DNA of 63,995 nt, the filler included, from Basidiobolus ranarum (lineage: Eukaryota): NCBI GenBank assembly GCA_040143965.1. It is 6 parts of 6 records of this genome, joined end to end, with 100 filler letters (N's around TTAATTAATTAA, not from the genome) between each part and the next. Parts side by side here need not be neighbours in the genome. Positions count along the whole stretch, not along the records: positions 42,963 to 53,584 come from JASJQH010007561.1; positions 53,685 to 63,995 come from JASJQH010007593.1; 4 more parts are not named here. One strand, 5' to 3'. Position 1 is the first letter of the stretch, and each line of letters begins with the position of its first letter. The notes below the pieces were generated by a model. The model had not been told where the DNA came from. It saw nothing but the letters and a program-made list of their open reading frames with translations, and did not search any database. A program made the position numbers and the translations under genes. This document shows, piece after piece, positions 51,703 through 63,995 of this stretch.

Positions 51703-53584
51703 GATTTTGTCGTGGTGAACTCTTCTCCTTCATCTAGGGTATTTATATTTTTTCGCGATGGGATGGTGTGAAGAGTACACAACGACAGCAGAGTGTGGAA
51801 TCGGTCACAGCTTTTGCCAATTGATGATGCTCGATTGCTTATACACACGATGGAATTCAATGGTTATTAGTATGCTTGTACTACAAGTTGATTTATTAAA
51901 ATTGATTTATTAAATCAGAGGTCAGCCTTCATGTTTCTTGGTGGAACTCATTACGTAATACATGTATCCGACTAAACAGAAAGCCCCATGCATTGAGTAA
52001 GTATTTTACATATCTGAATTTGGATGGCTATATAATATGAATTCAGTGAGGATCTATGTTGATCCACCCTAGTTTAGCGTATCCAACGGTTTGTAAAACT
52101 GACATAGTATCAGAAGGTAAGGCCTAGAGACAGGTATTCTTTGGACACCCTTGATCATGCCAAATCTAGCCCAGCACGTATTATGCTCTTACTCAGTCAA
52201 CTAAGAGATTAACGGATTAGTATCTGATTAAAACATCATTCCCTACATGATGGGTGATTTTACAACTGCGACAATAAGTTACCAATACGCATGTTGTTTG
52301 AGGAGTAATATTGTATACATAGACAATCAGCTTGCTGTAGTCACAAGATGATATAACATTTACCTTTGTCTTTCCAACCATTTGCCCCATCGTTTTTTGT
52401 GCTAGTCGGGGTGTGCTACGGGGAGGGACAATTGCGTAAGAGTGATATGCTAGAGTAGTATGAAATTGGTTTTGTCGGCAATATGATGTCCAATATTGCA
52501 ACTGTCTATGATGTTGTGGAGACAAACAAGTGAGCATCAGAGTCCACAAAGAAGTCAATGGGGATTTAAATGCCCTTACTTGGCACTTCCCAGAGAAAAG
52601 TATTACTCCTGTTTATCCAGAGTAAGTACTTCTCTTAGTGCGATAAATGCTGTTCGAGTAATATCATAGCAATTGGACGGATATCGAATTCCTGGTGCCG
52701 CCCAAACTGGCCGATGATAGCTCCAATGATTAGAGCATCATTACTGAACCTAATACCGTTTGACTACATTTGTGCACCTATTCTCATTCTAAACTAAGCC
52801 AAGTATTTAGTTATTAAATGTCTGATTCTCAGGTTTGATGACATTTAGCTCGTTTACTGGTGACTATACAACTGTAAAAAAAATCAAGGTACAACCAGTC
52901 TAGCAAATACGGTTGGCACATGGTCTTGGATTCAGCTAATGGCCACCATGCCCCAACTGTCCCCCCATATGCCTATTATTACTATTTATCTCTTTGAAAT
53001 TATCAACAAGAGGCATCAGCAGCCACTACATACGTTATCATGCCTATCGTCATGCCACCAGGAGTATGAATCAATAACGTTATGTTACGCCACTATTCCA
53101 GTGAGTATGGTTAGTCAGAAAGGTTGATATAGAACCATTCTCATATGTTGTACAAATATTCTAATGTGGTGACTGGGTGCACTACATGGATACAGCTAAT
53201 TGTGAGCAAATAGCAATCTCAAGGTGTTAAAATTTTGTTTATTTAGAGTCCAGTCATTTATTTCAGAACTATTTGAAAGTTACAGATGAATATAGGAAAG
53301 TATCCTTCATGCAACCTTGAATATTATGCTTAACTTAAATGTGAGAACCTTGCTGCTGTCAAAGCATTTTGGAAACTGTAGGATAAGGGTTAGGTTTTTT
53401 GTAACATTATTGGGCATCACTTAGGGGGGATGAAAAGCACCAGATGGTGTAGACTTTATTTAGCTTCAACATGAATCTAAACAAAGTGACAATCAAGACA
53501 TCAATCTTTTAAGATATTGTGACAATACTGGATCATATCCATACTTAACCTGATGACCAATGTAATCAAGCTCAGAGGATGTAA

Positions 53585-53684
53585 NNNNNNNNNNNNNNNN
53601 NNNNNNNNNNNNNNNNNNNNNNNNNNNNTTAATTAATTAANNNNNNNNNNNNNNNNNNNNNNNNNNNNNNNNNNNNNNNNNNNN
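53585..53684. other. Artificial contig linker
   Basis: N44-TTAATTAATTAA-N44. Confidence 0.98.
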
Positions 53685-53882
53685 CCTTTCCCTCCTCTAC
53701 GAGTTTTGAGTTTACTTATCTCTTCATAGAATGTAGATGCATTCACTTTCTTTGATCAATAAATGGAAGAACCATTTCCCAAGAAGACCACAATCATGGA
53801 GGTTGATGTTCAAAAAGGAAGGAATCAATGATTATATGAAATAGTTTATTCATGAATTTTGTTACAATAGGAGAGAGGGAGT

Positions 53883-55697
53883 TTACGCAGAAGGGTCAAC
53901 ATCAACCAACTTAGTGATCTTGCCAATAGCGATGGTCTTTCCTTCATCACGAAGGGTGAAACGTCCAAGTTGAGGATAATCATCGAATACCTCCACACAA
54001 ACGGGTACTGAGGTTTCAATTCTAGCGATCAATTTTTGTCCCTTCTTAACGAATTGAGGAGGACGCTTGGATTTTCTGCCTGTCTTTTTATCAATCAAAT
54101 GAAGTAAAGCAGAGAGAGATGCCTCTTCTACTGAGGCATGTACGTGAAGTACAGCATTGTATCCAGCGCAAATGATACTCTTATGTTCCAAAATGGCCAA
54201 TTGTGCTTCGAATGCGGAGACACAGTGTACTGGCTTCTTAGGATCGCACATGACAAATCCAACACTGATTTCTTCTTCTTCAACACCTCTCAATCTAATA
54301 CGAACGTTATCTCCGCAAATAGCCAACTCAACCTCATCCTCCTCCGAGTAGATGGCGGAGATTTCGGCGGACTTCTTGTTGGGCATCAATAAGATAGATT
54401 GTCCCTTACGAATCTTACCAGACTCGATCTTGCCAACAACGATGGTACCCATATCCTTGTACTTCTCAGTGATGGGCATCATAAGTGGGGAGTTCACTTT
54501 TCTTTCAATGGTTTGCATGTTGTCCAACAACTCCAAAAGAGATGGACCGCTATACCAGGGGCATACATCAGGAGAAGCACGGTCCTTGATGTTGGCTCCG
54601 GTGTAACCAGAGACAGGCATGAAATCAAGATCAGTCTTGGGGTTGTAACCACTTTGTTTCAAGAAGGGTGTGAGTTTGGTGACGCATTCATCATATCTTT
54701 CCTTGGACCAGGCAACAGTAGGATCATCCATCTTGTTGATAACGACGATCAAACGTCTAACTCCGGAAGTCTTGGCAAGAACAGCGTGCTCACGAGTTTG
54801 ACCACCTCTTTCGAAACCAGTTTCGAATTCTCCCTTACGAGCTGAGATAACAAGAACACCAAGATCAGCTTGGGAGGCACCACCAATCATACTAGGTACG
54901 AAATTTTTATGCCCAGGTGCATCAAGAATGGTGTATCTACGTTTATCAGTTTCGATGAAAGCACGACCACATTCCACAGTTTTACCCTTATTACGCTCTT
55001 CAGCGTTAGTATCAAGGGCCCAAGACAAATACCAAGATTCTCTGTTTTGTTCTTTAGCCTCTCTTTCGTATTTCTCCATGGTTCTTTTGTCAACCATACC
55101 GGTTAAGAAGAGGATGTTACCTCCCATAGTAGACTTACCAGCATCAACGTGACCGATGAAGATGACGTTAACGTGTTCCTTGAAATGTTCGTCTAATAAA
55201 AGCTCATCTTCTTTGTCTTGTTCAGCTATTTCAGCAACCTCTGGGGCTTTAGGCTTGGGTGCTTCAACTTTAGGTTTGGGAGCTTCAGCCTTTGGTGGTT
55301 CTGGTTTAGCTTCTTCTACCTTAGGTGCCTCTACTTTAGGAGCTTCAGGAGCGACCTGTGGCTCAGATGAGCCAAGTGAAAGACTAACTGCCTTAGCAGG
55401 AGCCTCAGATTCAGGCTTGGAACCGCCGATGGACAAGCTAACAGCCTTGGCAGGAGCCTCAGACTCAGGCTTGGAACCACCAATGGACAAGCTAACAGCC
55501 TTGGCAGGGGCCTCAGACTCAGGCTTGGAGCCACCAATGGACAAACTTACAGCCTTGGCAGGAGCACTTGGCTTTGGCATCCAAGTAGGGACAAATTCCC
55601 TAGCCTTAGGATTGGGCTTAAACTCAGAAGCACCCGCATTAAGCGTGAGCTTAGAGAAGCTTGAGGGGACGTCATTTCCGTTGTTGTTTCCGCTCAT
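53883..55697 (-). CDS. SUP35: Translation termination factor eRF3, intronless
   Basis: GHVDAGKST, RESWYLSWALD, DAPGH, NKMD, GRFTLRDEGKTIAIGK; N-terminal PAM2-like LNAGASEFKPNPKAREFVP. Confidence 0.97.
   Translation of the reverse strand: MSGNNNGNDVPSSFSKLTLNAGASEFKPNPKAREFVPTWMPKPSAPAKAVSLSIGGSKPESEAPAKAVSLSIGGSKPESEAPAKAVSLSIGGSKPESEAPAKAVSLSLGSSEPQVAPEAPKVEAPKVEEAKPEPPKAEAPKPKVEAPKPKAPEVAEIAEQDKEDELLLDEHFKEHVNVIFIGHVDAGKSTMGGNILFLTGMVDKRTMEKYEREAKEQNRESWYLSWALDTNAEERNKGKTVECGRAFIETDKRRYTILDAPGHKNFVPSMIGGASQADLGVLVISARKGEFETGFERGGQTREHAVLAKTSGVRRLIVVINKMDDPTVAWSKERYDECVTKLTPFLKQSGYNPKTDLDFMPVSGYTGANIKDRASPDVCPWYSGPSLLELLDNMQTIERKVNSPLMMPITEKYKDMGTIVVGKIESGKIRKGQSILLMPNKKSAEISAIYSEEDEVELAICGDNVRIRLRGVEEEEISVGFVMCDPKKPVHCVSAFEAQLAILEHKSIICAGYNAVLHVHASVEEASLSALLHLIDKKTGRKSKRPPQFVKKGQKLIARIETSVPVCVEVFDDYPQLGRFTLRDEGKTIAIGKITKLVDVDPSA
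55375..55566 (-). repeat. 54-nt coding tandem repeat (about 3.5 units) in the eRF3 N-terminus
   Basis: Encodes APAKAVSLSIGGSKPESE x3 plus APAKAVSLSLGS; the three full units differ only at synonymous sites. Confidence 0.95.
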
Positions 55698-56070
55698 CTC
55701 AGATCAACAGCGTAAGTAAAAAAATACTCTAACTGGGAACAAGGAAAAGTGAATGTGAAAAAATGCTAACTTCATACTCATAAAATCGGATCCGAACCAA
55801 ATGAAAAAAAATCTGGTGAGTGCACATCATGGGTGAATCAATTTTTATTTTAACTAAATACTTGATAGAGAAAAAAGGGGAGAGGGAGAGGACAGGTTAA
55901 CTATTTCAAAACATTGATATCATCACTCTAAGTTTTCATTTACTCTTATCAATTCAATTGTTATTATGCTTCGCTTGATTATTATTATTCATAGTAATCG
56001 CAGCTTGCCTATTTTTGACCTAGCAAGCCAATCATCATTAAGTTACAAAGCTCAGCCTCTATAATTCAAC

Positions 56071-58798
56071 TCATATACGACTAGCCTTTCGCTTGCGGGC
56101 TGTTTTTCCGATTTGATCGTGGAGGCTAAATAGCATGGTTAGTTAACGCAAGAAAACCTCGAGATACTGTTCGATTTAGTTACCCAAACATGTCGGAATC
56201 GTCTTGTGATTCATTGGTTTTGACCGCTGTCCGTAGCCATTGTTCTGAAAGGTACTTTGTTAGTCTGGGCAATAAAGTACCAATTGAATTGTTAGTGAAA
56301 TTGTTACCATCCGCTCCAGCACCAATACTGTGATCATGTAATACGAGTTCAACAACTGTTGGTAGAGTGTTTCGATCTCTTTCTGGGTAGTAACCCTGAT
56401 TAACCACAGAGTAATTAGTCCTGTTCATGTTAAGTTATAAAGGATATGGTATTTACTTTGGTAAACCGCTTAAAGTTGGGCCCTGAATATGTTGTTTTTG
56501 AAGTTCGTTGCTTTCGTTTAACAATCAAATCATCAAATTCTACTTGCGCCATATTACGGATTTTGTTGACTTCCATCACCTCCGGTTTTACCTCAACATA
56601 CTCCTCCTCTTTTGGATGGACAAGCGGACTTTGTTGTGTATCCCCATCTAATTGAGAACTCAGAGGTTTGAAAAGTTGCCTATCTGCGGTGGGTTGTTTT
56701 CGAGTAAACTCCTGCGACTCATTTGGCTTAGACTCTTGACTATCTTGCTCTTTCTTGAAAGAAGTCTTGGGTCTAAAAAGAGAAAGGGAAAAATCTCTTG
56801 CGCTCATAGGTTTAGACGCGGTGGATTTTAATGTCGGTGAAATGCGGTGCCCAGGTGAGACTGATTGTGATGCCTTCGTTCGAGTTTGACTAGGAGAGAT
56901 GGTTCCATAAGAGAATACTTCTACAACCGGTTCTTTTTTAATGGAAGGGTTCACCTACATGAAATGGTTAGTATTGGATTGACTAGAAATAAAGCATTGA
57001 AAAGGCCATACAAAGCTTTCCATAGTATTGGGGATGTCAACGAATGTACTTTGCGAGGATTTTCCATTTTCTTGATGCGAGTTAAACTGACTCTCACTGA
57101 ATCCCATTATCGAGCTTGAAAGCTCTCGAGCAGAAACCCTTTTAGGAGGAATGACTTCTGGCCGAGCGAAAGGGCTCGGTTGTAATTGTGGAGAAATCGT
57201 GGTGGCTGTTTTGGCTGTGGTGGTTCATGTTATTTAAGGTACAGCTTGAGGGATAATTCCATGCTAAAGTGATTATACCTAGATTAGGCTTCAAGAACGA
57301 GTCTAACTTGGACTGAGTACGTGTAGTTCTGGATCCATTTCCTTTGGGTTCTACACTTTCAATGACAGGTGTTTCAGAAACGTTGGTTGAGCTTGTAGTA
57401 TCAGACTTATCAAGAAAATTCAAGGTTCCGTGTAAAATAGCAAATCCTATATCCATTTCTGATATCAAATCTTTGTCCAAACTTGGGAACTATTAGAGTT
57501 CAGTCTTTATAAACAATGACAACTGTGCCATTTACCTTGCTAGATACTCTACAACATCCTTATTGCTATTTTCCGGAGGTCGAATGAAAATGGGATCGTT
57601 GTGTTGTGCTATAAAAGCATCTAATTTTCTTACTCCACCTTCGTAACAAACTGCTTCGCCCCCGCCAATTTCTACAGGCTCTGATATTTTTGGGAGCTTA
57701 TAATGGCATAATTAGTATGAAAGTAACCTTGGATCAGAAACTAATCAAAATACCTGACTACTAGAGAAGACAATAAATGTTTTTGCCTTGAAAAGCCCGC
57801 GCCTATTCTGATTTGGAAGGAACGAAATACTATTTGGATCGATGATTTTTTCTTTAACTGGAGGGAGGAATTCTTTTTCTTCTGGTAACGAAAAATGTTC
57901 CTCAAGACCATTTTTGTTCTTGTATATTTCACCTAGCCATTGATCTTTCACAATATAACAGCAACTGAGCAAAGCAAATAAAACCTTTTGGGTAACTTGA
58001 ATATTTTGCATGATAAGGTGTGTACATTCTGAAGACCAACTGTCGACCAACTTGACATCTAATTTGAACAAAGTTAATGACTGGTATATCAGAGTATTAT
58101 TTGCAACGGTAGACCTACCTAACTCTGATGCGATTGTTGCCAGCTGTTTTTTCGTAGTGGCCCTCATACCAGAACAGCATAGCACTAACTTCTTGAATTC
58201 AAGTCTAACATGAGATAAGTTTGTAAATACGAGTAACATTACAATGCATTCCTCGGTAAAAATTACTACTTGTATGTTGAGTTCATAGCCCCGAATTTTA
58301 TCTCATCTCCATCCTGGAGTGTCTGTTCACTTATTTTATCTTGATTAACGTATAAGCCGAATTTAGAACGCTCATCGATTAAAGTTACAACCGTATTTGC
58401 TTTAGTGTCGCTCTGGGTTATGTCAGGTTCATAAAAATAAAGAAATTAAGCTTGTCGGGTCAAAGTCGAAGAGTGATAAGAATATCAAGGCATACCACCG
58501 CACTTATCGAGTTCTCAGAGACAGTTAGAGTACCATGTTTTCTGCTAACTGAACGGTCATTTGATATGTTGATGTCACAATCTATATTGTATAAAAAATA
58601 CACCTGTTCGTAAATTAATCGATTAACACATCGCATCAAGAAATGGCAAACCTTTGCGTCCGATGGAATATGACTTGCCTGGAGCTAACCAGTGTTGGGA
58701 TCCTACGGAGGGGACTCAATTTTAAGTACCTGGAATTACTCATAATTGGTAAACATATGTATACCTTCATTTTCTCCTGTCCCAACCAAAACCCACAT
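56071..58798 (-). CDS. NBS1: Nibrin/Nbs1 (FHA-BRCT, MRN complex), multi-exon
   Basis: Spliced start MWVLVGTGENEG-SQHWLAPGKSYSIGRK, DRSVSRKH, SKFGLY (FHA); WSSECTHLIM...VTQKVLFALL (BRCT); NFKRFTK Mre11-binding motif. Confidence 0.9.
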
Positions 58799-59127
58799 TT
58801 ATTGAAAGGAAGTGAGACTTGTTGCTGTGCAACCACAGTTGATGACCAGGAATTAATACTAAATGTTGGACTGGCATTTAATCACATAAACAATTTTATA
58901 TCGTGTAAGAGAACCAACACACTTGTCAGAGATAATCAAATTGTATAAATGTTCAAATGACCAATTGTTGATTATCGCGAATCAAAATCTGAGTGAAACC
59001 CGAACTAGGACATATAGGTACAAAGTTGTAAAAAATTATTATTCTTGCACTAAAAAGTCGCTTGACTGCATGGAGTATGTAGATAATTCCTTTTTTATCT
59101 GGAAAAGCTACTTGTATTTGAAATAGT

Positions 59128-62382
<3,255 letters not shown>

Positions 62383-62631
62383 ATTTACCAATCAATTGAA
62401 TTTTTTTATACATACCCGCCCTCTGTTAGAGTTCACCAGTTAATGTTCAATATAAATAGTCACCTATACCATGTATCCGTTTATTCGTCAGATTAAAGAA
62501 ATGTCAGCAGCACATCATAATAGATTAAAGCTCTGAGATATTATTCATCAATTCTCTAGTGATCAAGTTAATTATAGTCATCTACCTCGTTCAGACTACT
62601 GTACACAATTGATTACTACATACCATGTAAG

Positions 62632-63023
62632 TGTTAAAATTCGCATTGCCTGAACACCTATATAGTCATATATAGCTTAGTATTTAGTTATTCCATATTT
62701 AACTAAGACATCACCCACTATTCTCATGAGGAATTTACTTAGAAGCTCTCAGAAGTATAGATTCTTTAAACTTGTCCTAGAGGCCCTAAACTTTTCTTAC
62801 TTAGAAGTTCTCAGATATATAGATTTTGATAACTTGTGCTAGAAGCCCCAAACTTTGCACACATGCTGCTGGGACCCTTCTGAACCCATTCTACATGTTT
62901 GTTTGTCTACATCTTGACAAAACTATAGATGTTGATTTTCAACTCAATATATCAATATGTGAAAAGCACCAATTCTTCTACTTCTCCAAACCACTTCCAA
63001 CAAACTCCCAAGATACGTTAACA
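62632..63023 (+). mobile_element. Solo-LTR copy with an internal ~60-nt duplication
   Basis: TGTTAA...TTAACA termini; TACTTAGAAG...AAACTTT block repeated at ~62735 and ~62797; no intact TSD. Confidence 0.87.
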
Positions 63024-63956
63024 ATCTCATCTGCCTAAAAGTAATCAAACTTAAAAAGGATTATTACTTTAATCATGTGCATACTCTCTTCATCTATTTA
63101 ATGTTGACATGCTGATAAAAGAAGAGAAAGTTATCATTAGAAATAGGATAAGTAAGAGGTTCAAATTCACTGGAAGCTATTCCAGTATTTTACCAAGCCT
63201 TCTCAGAGTCCTAAGAGCACAATTCAGTTGATATTTTCATTATTTTTAAAGTATGCACTATACTTCCTTTTTGATCCAATAAGCTTAAGCATAATATTCC
63301 TTCTACTCCTTGCAGACACTTTAAACTCATGTGTGATATTTCAACATCAGCAGTAGCTACCATATCATAGGATATATTCCATCAGCTCCGAGGATATCAT
63401 ATTTTGATTTAATGTATTGGAGAAATATTGTTTAAAAGCAATTGTACATTTGGATAATCCCTAATTGTGGTATCTTAGTTGAGAGCACTATTTCGAATAA
63501 TTAACAGATGGCAATAACTGGTTCAATAAAAGAAATATGCCCAAAAAGATATGAAACCTTCAAGAATTCTAAGCAAAACAGTTTCATATATTCCCCTTCT
63601 TTTTTAATACTGTTTTTATACAATGATATACAGTGCTGTCATCTACTTCCCTCTACTGCCATCACTTACGTTTGTACCCTACTCGCAGCACTTAGTACTA
63701 CCTGGGATATAGATTATTCAAAGTAGATGAAGTAACCCTAACCCTAAGTACTAGAGCTTGGCAATATAGCTTCCTACTTTTCTGAAACTCAAAGCAGCCG
63801 AATGAATCATGTTCTTAGTGTAAAGTTACACTCAATGATGAAAGCAATATAATAAAGTGGTTATTATATTTATTGCTCCTTTATTCCGAGAAACTATTTG
63901 ATTTTCCATGGTCCGATATCGGGTATTAAGCCCTTGGTATTATGCGAAAGAGCCGA

Positions 63957-63995
63957 GTTTAGTATTCCAGATTATGTTTAGTATTCCAGATTATG
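63957..63995. repeat. Short tandem repeat at window end (19-nt unit x2)
   Basis: TTTAGTATTCCAGATTATG occurs twice; it may continue beyond the window. Confidence 0.75.

Noticed and set aside
10656-53684. Five regularly spaced N-TTAATTAATTAA-N blocks resembling a periodic element
   Set aside because: They are identical 100-nt artificial linkers, and the internal contig lengths fall monotonically (10649, 10632, 10626, 10622), which indicates size-sorted concatenation.
54138-55719. Long plus-strand ORFs, including the 187-aa repeat ORF at 55156-55719
   Set aside because: These are antisense shadows of SUP35. The same applies to shadow ORFs over the chitinase, GH16, ABC and P450 genes.

Overview
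Intron-rich, AT-rich eukaryotic DNA from a fungus, most likely an early-diverging lineage (Zoopagomycota/Mucoromycota-like; this is inferred from gene content). The window is not contiguous. It is six size-sorted contigs of about 10.3-10.65 kb joined by artificial 100-nt N/TTAATTAATTAA linkers, so adjacency across linkers is meaningless. Recognisable genes: ADP/ATP carrier (3' end), GH18 chitinase with CBM5/12, GH16 Crh-type transglycosylase, ABCB/MDR transporter, ATP19, ERV14, PTH2, aldo-keto reductase, cytochrome P450, a G-patch protein, SUP35/eRF3, NBS1 and ABZ1, plus a pirin pseudogene and a dispersed solo-LTR family with 5-bp TSDs. Most notable: (1) a spliced gene for a secreted single-domain saposin-like protein that resembles animal/arthropod prosaposin domains; (2) a decayed D6/D11-type helicase in AT-rich DNA that looks like an endogenised cytoplasmic linear plasmid/virus-like element; (3) two unrecognised paralog pairs (putative mitochondrial microproteins with an SSDDDW motif, and PY-motif single-pass membrane proteins); (4) an eRF3 whose N-terminus has 18-aa tandem repeats instead of a Q/N prion domain.
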